A stretch of DNA of 52,024 nucleotides, filler included, from Squatina squatina (lineage: Eukaryota), in NCBI GenBank assembly GCA_031763465.1. It is 3 parts of 3 records of this genome, joined end to end, with 100 filler letters (N's around TTAATTAATTAA, not from the genome) between each part and the next. Parts side by side here need not be neighbours in the genome. Positions count along the whole stretch, not along the records: positions 1 to 25,715 come from JARFOE010000046.1; 2 more parts are not named here. One strand, written 5' to 3'. Shown here piece after piece: positions 13,107 to 25,815 of this stretch; within the stretch, counting starts at the first letter, position 1; every line of letters starts with the position of its first letter. Below the pieces are notes generated by a model. The model saw nothing but the letters and a program-made list of their open reading frames with translations, had not been told where the DNA came from and made no database searches. A program made the position numbers and the translations under genes.

Positions 13107-14794
13107 GTCAATAGGACATAAGGCTCTGAAATTCATATGTGTTTCTTATATGACCAGGTGTGGCACTATTGGAGGTGCTGAGAGCTGCCTGGAGGTGCTG
13201 TAGAGGCGCTGTCTTGAATGTATAGAACATATCCATATGAATTCATTGATCTTGAGCTCCCATTTGGAAATTCATGTAATCGTGCTCAAATACTACAAAG
13301 CTGTCTCTTTGATATGCATGCCCTGTGCACACAGCTCCTTAATGGGAAAGCAGTGTATTTAAGCTACAGACACAGAAAAAAAAACATTGTCAATGGTGAA
13401 AGAAAGAGCTTGGAGGCCAGTGGCGAGAAAGGGATTGTCACTCAGATGGTAAGGTTTGACTTGTATCCTCTCCAGAAAGCAGTTGGAAGGGTCTCCTCCA
13501 ACACAGAGCCGTATTAGCATCTGGATAGCTCAGCTGGACTTGGGGATAGATTGCTTTTTAATTTGTCTCCCTTTCACCGTTGCAACCTTGCTTGTCTCTG
13601 GGGTAATTTCATTGAATGTGCACTTCCATTGAGGAGTCATGTGCAAATCATAGAGTCAGCAGTACGATGTTTGAGTCCTATCTCTGAACTTCAAGCATGG
13701 CTTCCTATTGAGAGCACAGGACCGGTTAATTTACCCATATGTCCTATTATTACTGGTTCTTCTAACATTCTTTTTTTTTTCATTCCTTGCAAATAATTGA
13801 ACACAGACTATCCACGTGGGACTAACTAGTGGAAACTCAAAATGGTTCCTCCCTTCCCATGCCAATTAGGAATTATATTTGTCTGTTTCCAGTCTATTGG
13901 AACATCCCTACTGATTATTGACTGTGGGATCTTGCTGTGAACTGTAGGCATGGCTGTTGGAGATGCTTGTTTGAGATGGCTTGAAGCGCTGCAAAAATAT
14001 ACATATTTTTGGCTTGCTTTACGCCTGGGAGTTTCTTTCCCGCTCATCCACCATTTTTCAGGAGTTTGGGATACACTTCTGTCGAAGTTACGGCGGATGA
14101 GCCGGAAAGCCTCCAGAGAAATTCAACCCCTCCTCCACCCCACTGCTCTCTTTTCAACTTTAATGGTGTCCTGGATAGTGGATCTTAGATATTGGCCAAG
14201 GCCTCTCAATGAATAAAGACACGCATGATTGAAAACAGATTGAAAGAAGTCTGTAATCAACAAAATTGTTAAAATATTTTAGTCACACGTCATAACACTT
14301 ATAATATACTGTTCCCTGAACATCCCTTACAAGCCAGTTTTCCCAAAATGAGTAAAATTGTTCTGATAATGCTTTGCCATCATACAGAACAAAACAAAAT
14401 GTTTGACTGAAATTATTTATAACCTCCACTGTACAAATATTAGTTTTAGTATCAGTTTTAATTTAGCAATCTAGATCAGGCAACATTTTAATTAACACTG
14501 GACAGAATTAATTGCCAAGTTACAATCACTAGGAATGTGTTTCATTAAAATCTACTGTTCAAAATGCCAAATTCAAAAATGTTTCCAGTACAGCAACTTT
14601 AAAGCAGCGGACTGTTGATCTTTTGGTGCAAGCTTCCTTTCACAAGGTAAATAATTTACATTTCTCACTGTCTAGAATATCCGCTACATTCTGCCACTGT
14701 GACACAACCAACCACAAAATCAGTGGAGCAGAGCAAAATCAAATTCACATCGCACCATGAGGTACAGTGCAGTGTCCCAAGATGCTTTGCTATA

Positions 14795-15355
14795 ATCACA
14801 GAATGATACAGCACAGGAGGCCATTCAGTCCATCGTGCCTGTGCTGGCCTCTTGAAAGAGCTATCCAATTAATCCCGCTTCCCTGCTCTTTCCTCATAGC
14901 CCTGTAAATTTTTCACCCTTTGTTTATTTATCCANNNNNNNNNNATCCAATTCATTTCTTCTTGTTACTATTGAACACGTTTCCCCCATCCTTTGAGGCA
15001 GTGCATTCCAGATCACAACTCACCTTGTAAAAAATGTTTCTTCATGTCGCCACTGGTTCTTTTGCCAATCACCTTAAATCTGTGTCCTCTGGTTATCAAC
15101 CCGTCTGCCACTGGAAACAGTTTCTCCATCAAAACCTTTCATGCATAAATATTTTAGCCTTCGCTGCTTTACAGAGAACCCCAGCTTCTCCAGATAACCA
15201 AAGTCCCTCATCCCAAGTACCATTCTAGTAAATCTCTTCTGCACCCTCTCCAATGCCTATACATACTTTATTCAGTGTGGTGCCCAGAATTGAACACAAT
15301 CGTGCAGCTGAAGCCTCTAGTGTTTTAGAAAGGTTTAGCATAGCTTCCTTACTTG
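14795..15355 (-). mobile_element. CR1 LINE 3' fragment
   Basis: Reverse-complement homologue of 20853-21065 and 23176-23310, extending into the ORF2 WAPH-like region. Confidence 0.75.
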
Positions 15356-15365
15356 NNNNNNNNNN

Positions 15366-15460
15366 GTGGAACCAGTATAGGGCTATTTAGTCACCTCAGA
15401 ACTCACAATACTGGAGTGGAAGCTCAACCCTGAGGGACTGCCTAAGAAGAAGACGACGAC
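15366..15460 (+). mobile_element. RTE-clade LINE 3' end
   Basis: IGLFSHLRTH zinc-knuckle end, then GAGGGACTGCCTAAGAAGAAG tail. Confidence 0.6.
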
Positions 15461-15557
15461 TTTGTATTGGTCTTAACAGTAAAGGAGGAGAATAAAGTAC
15501 CTGAGATATCAGGAAAACAAAACATAAATCAAGGGGAGGAACTTACTAGATTTAATA

Positions 15558-15760
15558 CAAGCCCAGAATTGGACACAATACTCCAGCCCTGGGTCTAACC
15601 AGTGTTTTATAAAGGTTTAGCATAACCTCCTTGCTTTGTACTCTATCCCTCTATTAATAAAGCCATGGATCCTGTGTGCTTTAACAGCCTTTTCAACTTG
15701 CCCTGCCACCTTCCAAGAGTTGTGTACGTACATCCCCAGGTCTCTTCACTCCTGCACCCG
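15558..15760 (-). mobile_element. CR1 LINE ORF2 fragment
   Basis: The minus strand reads ...LYKTLVRP.LEYCVQFWA-like. Confidence 0.75.
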
Positions 15761-16247
15761 ATAATACTTCCCTTTTTAAAAAAAGTTCCAGGATAAGAAG
15801 ACACAATGCCCCCAAACCAGAGTTCTGTTCTCAACCCAGGTTGCTGTCAGGTAAATAGCTACCTCACACTCAAACTTATGGTTTTAAATTCAGCAAAGGA
15901 ATTGCAAAGCCTGACTGCACGTACGTCTTTTCATACTCCAGCGAAATGTTGCAGGTAAGAATGTAAGCATCTTCTACTCTTTTCTTCATATCTGGGTGAC
16001 GAGCACCATGATCCAACACTAGTCCTCTCACCAGGCTGTAAAATGAAAGGTTCCAGTTATAATCTCTATTCAGAAGGGAATAACCATGAAAGGAACCCTG
16101 TTTCATCAATTCACAGCTACATTCAAAGGGACCATTATATGTTTTAATCTGCTAATAACTTACTGCTACATCTTCAATCTACAGATTTACGCACCATCTG
16201 CTGCATGTCTAGACCATTTCAGGATTTTCTGAAAACCTTAACCTTTA

Positions 16248-16383
16248 AGTCCGAGATAGATAAGATTGCTAACCAGTAAGGGAATCAAGGGTTATGGGGA
16301 GAAGGCGGACTTGAGAAATGTCGGATCAGCCATGATCCAATTGAATGGCAGAGCGGGCTCGACGGGCCGAATGGCCTACTCCT
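16248..16383 (+). mobile_element. CR1 LINE 3' fragment
   Basis: EIDRLLTSKGIKGYGEKA plus the GGCTCGACGGGCCGAATGGCCTACTCCT terminus. Confidence 0.75.
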
Positions 16384-19300
16384 NNNNNNNNNNNNNNNNN
16401 NNNNNNNNNNNNNNNNNNNNNNNNNNNNNNNNNNNNNNNNNNNNNNNNNNNNNNNNNNNNNNNNNNNNNNNNNNNNNNNNNNNAATATTAACCCTTGTCT
16501 CGCTCCACAGATGCTGCTTAACCTACTGAGAATTTCCAGCATTTTCGGTTTAAAGCCCAATTTAAAGGCTGTTCATTGGCTTTTCTCCAGCAGTTGATTT
16601 ATCTCAATGTGTCTCAATGGATGGGGATCCCATGCACTCTCAGCCTTGTCCCTTGACTTTGTCCTGGATATTAAAATAAGAAGGCAGCTTTCCCTCTACC
16701 TGTCAATGACTGGCCAAGAGAAGCGAAGCTCAAGTGAGAATGTCAGTCGGGATTTAAACCGAGCTCTCCTAGTTAGGGAGCAGTAACTTCAGCACTCAGC
16801 CTGCCACAGTACCTCACTGTAGATTAATTTCAGATTAACTAATGATTGATTAATGCTTTGCAGCAGTGTGATGTGGGTGATTGCTGAAAAAACGAACAAG
16901 AATAAACATTTCAAATGTTAATTTAAATGATGTGTGCAGCAATTCAAAGGTTTAATCAGCCAGAAAGCACAACAGAATGAGGTTGTAAGAGGTTTAACTT
17001 GTCCTTTGAGAGCTCATTAGGCTCTTTTAAATATAATAATATTCCTGTGGGATTTACAACTTGTTGCATAACTCATAGGGAAAAAAAATTACATGAGAAT
17101 CGTGCAGATTTGTTTGTTTGTTTATTGATTCTTATAAAGGTGCACCGTGGGACAGTCGACTGGTCTTGGAAAACATTTCAGACTCGCTGTTCTAACATGG
17201 CTGCTGTCAGTCTGCACCAACAGATCACTAACTCGGCAACAAGTGACCATTGATCTTCTCTAAGTCGGATCAATAGTCGGCAGTGGTAGACAGCACTCAC
17301 AAACTNNNNNNNNNNNNNNNNNNNNNNNNNNNNNNNNNNNNNNNNNNNNNNNNNNNNNNNNNNNNNNNNNNNNNNNNNNNNNNNNNNNNNNNNNNNNNNN
17401 NNNNNATGGGTCGGTGCAGTGCGACGCTCCCTCTACATCGCTGAACAATTGTGTTAATCCCAGCTTCAGAACCTCCTCCTTCATTTCCATCTGTGCAGGC
17501 AATCCATTTGTTTACTTAATTAACATTAATTAGTACTGAATAACAGGCAGGTTTGTACTTACAGACTCGCATCCATTTGGAGCTGGGTTGAGACGATGCA
17601 TTCTAATTTCACACAGGGAGAAGAGAGGAGAGAAGGCTTCCATCATTTAGTCAGCTCCTCAGGGCTAGCTTCCAAATCTAGTTGCATAGGTGAAAAAAAT
17701 ATCCTAATCTAATGTACCATTCGGACCACTTATGAATAATATTTGAATGACCTATCAGAGTGAGTAGAAATAAGATTGACATATAACATTTTTCTTTTCA
17801 AAAGAGAGTTTGTTTTTTAACCAGAAGCATTCCTTTCTTGCTATCTGGAATTAACACAATTAAAGCTTTGAATATCAATTCTATTAATGATGTATAACAG
17901 CATCAATGAGAAACCAACTTAGGCCTATTTATATCAATAGAGGCCTAATTTGCTGCTCCATATCAAAGGACTTTTACTTCCCTATAAATCCTGGTTCACT
18001 ATAGCAGACAGATATTATTTATTCAAAAGCAAAATACTGCGGATGCTGGAAAAATTGAGATAAAAACAGAAAATGCTGNNNNNNNNNNNNNNNNNNNNNN
18101 NNNNNNNNNNNNNNNNNNNNNNNNNNNNNNNNNNNNNNNNNNNNNNNNNNNNNNNNNNNNNNNNNNNNNNNNNNNNNNATCCCCGATTTCTGGTTGACGT
18201 CCTCCCCATCCTTTTAATGACACAGCCCGATCCCCGATTACTGGCCGACATCCCGCATCCTTTTAATGGCCTGACCCGATCCCTCCCTCTGTCCTCTGTA
18301 TGGCCTAGTGCTACAGACCTACATGGCCGCAGCCAGCCTCTTGCTGGCTGTGGGCAGGAAATCGGGGCCTTGCATACAAATCAGGCCCTGCCGCTAAAGT
18401 CGACAGGGCCTGCGGAAAACCCAGCCTCCCACCTTGGACCACCCTCCTCCCTCCGCCCCAACCCGCCTTCCTCCTCAAAATTCAACCCTTGGGCTGTGAT
18501 TGAACAAGAGCAGCTTCATTCTTTAGACTTCTACTCTACAAACCAAGAATCAAACTGTGCAACATTCTATTTATTTAATGTTTTATTTAGCATCTTGATG
18601 CCTAAATTAAACATGCAAAACTATTATAGAGAATAAATAAATACAATAATACATTAATAATGCATTATATTTTGCCTTGACAATAAACTGCTTCACAAAT
18701 GTGAGTAAATACATAATTAATGTGCAGTAAATATTTTATATTTATTGTAAAAAATCAATTTACAGAATTTTCCAGTTAAGTATATTCCCATGTTTTTCAA
18801 ATCTTTAAAAAACCTCAACCTCGAATTTTAACAATAAAATTGATCTGACCATGAAATAAACGATAAGTGTCCATNNNNNNNNNNNNNNNNNNNNNNNNNN
18901 NNNNNNNNNNNNNNNNNNNNNNNNNNNNNNNNNNNNNNNNNNNNNNNNNNNNNNNNNNNNNNNNNNNNNNNNNNTGGTTGAACTCCTAAGAGACGCGGAA
19001 AAGAAAAGTATAATTATTGGATAACTAGAGTGTGGACATGACATTGACGTGATGAATGAAGTCATATTCAAAACTCTGCTGCTTGCAGGTATGAGAATAC
19101 CAATAGATTTTTAGTCTAAATCTAGATGAATGGTGCACTAGGGACAATTTAAAAAATATTGATATAGGTATATGTTAACGAAAGAGTTATAAAATAATGA
19201 TTAACTTATTTAGCCTTACAGAATGCTGTGCTTTGTCTATGATAGCTTGCACAATATTATGTTTTTAGGGATGCTGAGAGGTGGCTTCCTGCATCTCTTC

Positions 19301-19687
19301 CCACAGAGTCAGATGAAAATGTAACAAGAATTTAGTTTATTATTAATAGATGGGTATTAATTATTTAGCGTATAATCCTGTGCTAAGTGGAAAATATATG
19401 CACTGAGACGCTTTCATTGAAATGTTATCATGGCATCTCTTGGCAGTTTGGTAGTCGTGGTGCAAAGATATCCAGAGACATTTTCATGAACATTCGAGTC
19501 CATCATCTTGTAGCAACTTCAACAGGATACGCATTGGAAAGGTTGTACATTTTGTATGAGATGTGAATGGCATATTGAATTGAGACGGTGATGCTGTAAC
19601 AAGCTAGCAGGGCAGACCGTGGCAAATTCAGATGGTTCAAACTGCACCCATACGTGTGAAAAATTAATTGTGAGTTATACTATTGTT

Positions 19688-20080
19688 ACAACAACAACAA
19701 CAACAACAACAACTTGTATTTATATAGTGCCTTTAACATAGTAAGACATCCCAAGGCATTTCACAGGAGGATTATCAATCAAAATTTGACACCGAGCCAC
19801 ATAAGGAGATAATAAGACAAGTGACCGAAAGCTTGGTCAAACAGGTAGGTTTTCAGGAGGATCTTAAAGGCGGGCAGAGAGCTAGAGAGGTGGAGAGGTT
19901 TAAGGAAGGATTTCCAGGGCTTAGGTACTAGGCAGCTGAAAACACAGCCACCAATGGTGGGGGCGAAGGGAATCACCAATGCGCAGGAGGCCAGAATTGG
20001 AGGAGTGCAGAGTTCCCGGAGGCTGTTAGTGCTGGAGGAGGTTACACGGGTGAGGCCATGGGTGAATTGGAACAAAAGGA
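19688..20080 (-). mobile_element. L2 LINE 3' fragment with expanded (ACA)n tail
   Basis: Homologous to 829-1320. The microsatellite at about 19688-19713 is its tail. Confidence 0.85.
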
Positions 20081-20852
20081 NNNNNNNNNNNNNNNNNNNN
20101 NNNNNNNNNNNNNNNNNNNNNNNNNNNNNNNNNNNNNNNNNNNNNNNNNNNNNNNNNNNNNNNNNNNNNNNNNNNNNNNNCAATTTAAATATGCAAAGAA
20201 GCAGTCCGAGCAAGATCCATCCAGGTCTACTGTGGCCGAATTAGGTTTAAAAAGTATTCCTCTTATTTACCTTTCCGAGACTCCGACAGAATTAATCTCC
20301 GGTGTGAAGGTTGCACACTGCCTCCCGAAACAATTATTAGTAACTGAACGCTTAGGAGAGAATGAGCTCACCTCAAAACGTTAAGGAATAAACTGCATTT
20401 TTGAAGAAGTTCAAGTTAAGTCACTGAGACTTTCTTCCCACCTAATCTGCGACACAGCTGGAGTTAAATTGATCCAAATTCCCGGCACTTGCTGAAGTTA
20501 ATGAGTTTAGCAATCTGGTCGCACCAGCTGACAGAAGCCGCCTCGGTTTCTATCCGGGCAGTCTATTGATTGGAGATGAAGTGTCCTTGACTGCTGATAA
20601 CTGCACAGTGTGAGGAACTGTACTCAGTGCTGCAAAAACAGCACTCTAAATACTTAATCAACAATCTCTATTGTGCAACCATCTCAAACAACAAGTCTAT
20701 GCTGATTCTTTTTTGGAATCGATACTAATAATTGCTAGTAGGTGTTGCTGTGNNNNNNNNNNNNNNNNNNNNNNNNNNNNNNNNNNNNNNNNNNNNNNNN
20801 NNNNNNNNNNNNNNNNNNNNNNNNNNNNNNNNNNNNNNNNNNNNNNNNNNNN

Positions 20853-21065
20853 ACTTGTTGTGATCTGGAAAGTGCTGCCTGAAAGGGTGGTGGGAGCAGA
20901 TTCAACAGTAACATTCAAAAGGGAATTGGACAAATATTCGAAAAGGAAAAAATTGAAGGGCTATGGAGAAAGAGCAGGGGGGAGTGGGACTAATTGGATA
21001 GCTCTTTCAAAGAGCCGGCACAGGCACGGTGGGTCGAATGGCCTCCTTCTGTGCTGTATGATTCC
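20853..21065 (+). mobile_element. CR1 LINE 3' fragment
   Basis: VVIWKVLPERVVGADSTVTFKRELDKY...LKGYGERAG. Confidence 0.85.
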
Positions 21066-21635
21066 ATCCAAATGGATGTTGAATCCAGCTGTTAACCTCC
21101 TTGGTTTAATTCCCAAAATGCGCTTCTGTTGCACATATCTCGAATCCACGAAGCTACCACCTTGTAAAATCTATACAGCGCAGTTTCCTTTTAGCCAATG
21201 ATAGTTCAGGGAATGACATGATGTTTTTATTCAGTTCCTGTAGGCTGATAATGTAAAAAGACTGTTCTTATTACAATTGCATAATACCTACAAAGCAGTG
21301 GATTATTTCTCATGTATGACTGGTAATTTTACTGCCAGCAGGGATTTTCTTTTGAATTAAAAACATTATTGAATTTTAATAATGAAGAAGTATATAGTTT
21401 TGTTTCAATACTTACAGCAGTCTTATAAATACAGAAAAGACAATCCCTATGGAAATATAGATCGTCATAACTTGTTATCAATATCATTATTTTTTCTCTT
21501 TAATTAAATCCAGCGGAACTAATCTACCTCAAAACGACCCTTATAGCAATTCAATGGTAGACAGGCTGTTCAAGCAGAAAATCTCAAGGCATAGGAAGTA
21601 TATACATTGCTACGAGGCCATGCTGTGACTCAGTG

Positions 21636-21846
21636 GTTCTGCTGTGGCTCAATGGGTAGCACCCTCGCCTCTGAGGCAGAAGATTGTAGATCCAAGTCCT
21701 ACTCCAGAGAATTGGGCACAAAATGCAGGCTGGTGTACTGGGGGAGCACTGCGCCGTCTTTCGGATGAAACGTTAAACTGAGGACCCCGTCTGCTCTCTC
21801 AGGTGGACGTAAAAGATCCCACGGCCACTCTTTCAAAGGTGAGCAG
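21636..21846 (+). mobile_element. Deu-domain SINE, 5' half
   Basis: GTGGCTCAATGGGTAGC A box, GATCCAAGTCC B box, core CAGGTGGACGTAAAAGATCCCA. Confidence 0.75.
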
Positions 21847-23175
21847 NNNNNNNNNNNNNNNNNNNNNNNNNNNNNNNNNNNNNNNNNNNNNNNNNNNNNN
21901 NNNNNNNNNNNNNNNNNNNNNNNNNNNNNNNNNNNNNNNNNNNNNNAACAGAGTTTTGTATGAAAGTGTTAAAGCATTTGTTACAGATATTGCGGAATAT
22001 AATTTCACCACATCTCTGTGTCCTTTTTCATTAAACTGGCCATTATTGATTGAGTAGAACAATGGTGTTCTTAAGCATGTCATTCTTTGTATTAATTTTA
22101 CCAAACTCAAGGCAGGAATATCAATGGAAAAATAACAAGAGAAAGACCATAATTATGCAGCAATTATTTGAAGGAACGTTTGATCGAGAGCTGGTTCAAA
22201 TTGATGGTCAGTGGGTGATGAGTTTCTGTAGATACTCCTGGTTGAAGTAAAAGATAATGATTTTTGACTGTGCTCTTTTGAAAATATCAAGTCTATTGGT
22301 AAACGTAATTGGTCTCATTAAAGACTGAATCCGATGAATTTTAATCTGTCCCTCTTACTAAGTGTGCTGTCACAGCCATTGACGCTGAATGCTGTAATTA
22401 GACAACATCGCCTCACAATTATGTGATAAAACATTTCTCCCTTCACAGATGCTGCACATCCAAACGTATAATACAGTAAACAACTTATCTGAGATGATTT
22501 GAATCCTTTTAAAACACTCGAGCTGCGGTAAATTGCTCAAAGAAGCTGTCTCTTAACCCTCTGGGGCTTAGTTTCGAACAAACCTATAATTTTATTGAAG
22601 CATTTCAGGGAGATGGAGGGGGGTTCAGGCCAGCATTATTTTGCTCGTATTATTTTACATCCTCGATATGGGAACATGTTCTGCTGAGAGAACTTACAGT
22701 TTCTGTCGATCCAACAGGGGTGAGCCAATTGAAGACAGCTTTTAAATTGAAATCTGGAATGCTGCATGTGGCTGGAAATTATCAAGTGAAAATTTCACTT
22801 CATACTTATCAATATTATCATACTTATTATCCACTTGAGACTTTCCAACATGCACCATAGTGCCACCTGGTGCATATGGAAGCAAGTCCGGGTGTCTGAA
22901 TTTCAGCAGGTTATATTCCAAGGGTTTTTCCCTCGTCCTTTCTCAATCTCTAATTCCTCAGTCACTAAGCAGCCTCTAGGGCCCTCGCTCATATAATGAC
23001 CTGACTGTTTCAAGCTTTTGGACTGTGGAGAACGTCATAGAAGACCTCGATCCTGTTGTCCGCCCGAAAGCCACCCNNNNNNNNNNNNNNNNNNNNNNNN
23101 NNNNNNNNNNNNNNNNNNNNNNNNNNNNNNNNNNNNNNNNNNNNNNNNNNNNNNNNNNNNNNNNNNNNNNNNNNN

Positions 23176-23310
23176 NCTTGACGGGGAACAAATTACAGGG
23201 CTACGGGCAAAGTGCAGGGCAGTGGGATTAATTGGATCGCTCGACCAAAGAGCTGGCACAGGCACGATGGGCCGAATGGTCTCCTTCTGAACTGTATCAT
23301 TCTATGATTC
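23176..23310 (+). mobile_element. CR1 LINE 3' fragment
   Basis: LQGYGQSAGQWD plus a TTCTATGATTCT tail. Homologous to 20940-21065. Confidence 0.75.
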
Positions 23311-24361
23311 TGTGACTTTGTTGCATTACAGGAGCTGGCCCTTAAGTAACACTTGCTCGGGACATCGACCATTGAGCAACACCAGTTTGGTCACAAAGTG
23401 ATGACCACTGCCTCTTTAAGTGTCAGCTTAGTCTTCCCTTCTTGGAATAATTCACCACATTGTCATCCAAGCTGATCATGCAATTAGACCATGTCCAACA
23501 GTCATTTTTTTTCTTTTCTTCATTGAAATGATTGTATAAAGCATCAAGCGCGATTTCGCCGACTGGAATCCAAATGAGTTTGAGCTGAAATTATCTTTGA
23601 AATGAAGAACAAAGGCTCCCAGAGCTAGTTAAGCACAAAGCAAGGCACCGCGAATAAGAGATATCAATGCGACCGAGCTCTCATTTATTGCTTTCACGAT
23701 AGGGCAGGCAGACAGTAATAGATGGAGAAGCTGAATGGTTATCACAAATTGAATAATATAATAATGCACATGATCAGCATGAACAATAACTACCGGTTTT
23801 AACACATGAAAGCTCAGGCTTACTTTACTTCTTTGACAAAGGTAGTGATTAAGAATATAAAATAACTTTCTTTCTTGATTTATTCTGTGTTTGCACTGGG
23901 AGTGGAATGACAATGATAGAGGACCAAACTTTATTTTTAAACATTGCTCTTCTTCCCAGTTCCCATAAACGATTCCTGTGGAAGGAGGGATCTCCTCAGA
24001 TTGAAACAGCATTTACTTAGACANNNNNNNNNNNNNNNNNNNNNNNNNNNNNNNNNNNNNNNNNNNNNNNNNNNNNNNNNNNNNNNNNNNNNNNNNNNNN
24101 NNNNNNNNNNNNNNNNNNNNNNNAAAATCAATGACAAGTTTAATTTATAAATTGGCGGTTGCAGTTTGTTCGAGTGGAAATAGTTGACAATTATTCTTGC
24201 AGACCTGTAAGGCTGATGGATAAATATTTCTATAAATAGTAAAGGTGATTACACTGGTTGCAAACAATTTGATTAATGCATTGATAACAGCTACAGAGTT
24301 ACCAATGTAAAATGAGCAAACGTAAACACGTCCTGCTCTGTGAGGTCCACTCCCTATAATG

Positions 24362-24760
24362 ACAACAACTTGTATTTATATAGCGCCTTTAATGTAATAA
24401 AACATCCCAGGGCGCCTCACAGGAGCGTTATCAAACAAAATTTGACACCGAGCTACCTAAGGAGAAATTAGAGCAAGTGGCCAAAAGCTCGGACAAAGAG
24501 GTAGGTTTTATGGAGCGTCTTAAGGGAGGAAAGTCAAGTAGAGAGGCGGAGAGGTTCAGGGAGGGAATTCCAGAGCTTAGGGCACAGGCAGCTGAAGGCA
24601 CGGCTGTCAATGGTGGAGCGATTATAATCAGGGATGCACAAGAGGCCAGAATTAGAGGAGTGCAGTTATCTTGGAATGTTGTGGGGCTGAAGGAGATTAC
24701 AGAGATCGGGAGTGGTGAGTCCAGGAATAATATGAAAACAAGGTTGAGAATTTTCAAATT
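24362..24760 (-). mobile_element. L2 LINE 3' fragment
   Basis: Same ACAACAACTTGTATTTATATAGCGCCTTTAA...CAAAATTTGACACCGAGC sequence as the other copies. Confidence 0.85.
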
Positions 24761-24984
24761 ACACTGTATACTGTGAACATCATCCATCGTTTCTGGTCTC
24801 TGTGTCTCTGCTCCACCATCCGTGGTAGAGCTTTCATCCATCATAACCCTGCACTCTCTTCCCCAAACCCCTTCACCTTTTTACATCACCCCCTTCACCT
24901 TCAAAAGCTTTCTCAAAACCTACTTCTTTGATCAAGCCTTTACTCGAGTCTCCGAATTTGTCTCCCAACTGGAATACAGAAGGG

Positions 24985-25555
24985 ATGCTTCAGTTGTACA
25001 GAGTCTTTTCAGACCCCATCTGGAGTACTGTGTTCAGTTCTACACACTATACCTCAGGAAGGATATATTGGCCTGAGATGGGGTACAGAGCAGATTTTCC
25101 AAAATGATACAAGGGCTTAAAGAATTGAATTATGAAAAAAGATTGCATAAACAGCTTGTATTCCCTTGAGTTTTGAAGGTTGAAGGGTGATCTAATTGAG
25201 ATGTTTAAAATGTGAAAAGGATCTGATAGGCTAGATATATACTAGATATCTTCTAGTGGGGGAATTCAGAACAAGGGGGCATAATCTTAGATTTAAAGTT
25301 AGTTCATATAGGAGCGATATCAGGAAGCATTTTTTCTACACAAAGGGTGGTAGAAATCTAGAATTCTCTCCCCCAAAAAGGTGTGGATGGTAGGACAATT
25401 GGAGCCTTCAAGACGAAGGTAGATTTTTGTTAGATAAGGGTATCAAGGGATATGGTGCAGAGGTGGGTAAATCAGCCATGATCGAATTGAATGGTGGAAC
25501 AGGCCTGAGGGGCTGAATGGCCTCCTCCTGCTCTGAATGTTCCAATGTTCCTAAG
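24985..25555 (+). mobile_element. CR1 LINE 3' fragment
   Basis: RPHLEYCVQF, then LKGDLIEMF and FSTQRVVEI.NSLP-like segments, then the CR1 terminus. Confidence 0.85.
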
Positions 25556-25759
25556 TGATTACAAACAGTAATCATTATGTTAATCATTAAAACAGTGCTG
25601 GGAATTTTAGTCACCAATGTACACTGCGATCTGCAAGCTAGCAATTGGTTGCGTCTCTTTGGCTGAGACTAATGGCTTTGGGGATCGCAGTCAAATTAAA
25701 ACTGATGGTACTTAGNNNNNNNNNNNNNNNNNNNNNNNNNNNNNNNNNNNNNNNNNNNN

Positions 25760-25771
25760 TTAATTAATTAA
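25760..25771. other. Artificial scaffolding linker TTAATTAATTAA
   Basis: Centred in 44 N + 12 nt + 44 N = 100 nt. It is palindromic and has stop codons in all six frames. Confidence 0.95.
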
Positions 25772-25815
25772 NNNNNNNNNNNNNNNNNNNNNNNNNNNNN
25801 NNNNNNNNNNNNNNN

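Noticed and set aside
13370-13454. Exon-like stretch NIVNGERKSLEASGEKGIVTQM|GTAAGG
   Set aside because: The donor is plausible, but there is no clear acceptor and no recognisable protein.
21636-21715. tRNA gene
   Set aside because: The A and B boxes belong to a SINE head that continues into the SINE core. There is no full cloverleaf.
22980-23076. Open frame GPRSYNDLTVSSFWTVENVIEDLDPVVRPKAT
   Set aside because: It is short, truncated by a gap and has no recognisable homology.
1-25715. EPS8 exons or 3' PTPRO exons expected from human synteny
   Set aside because: I looked for PTB, SH3, SAM, FN3 and phosphatase-domain peptides and recognised none. A tblastn search would be needed to exclude short or diverged exons.
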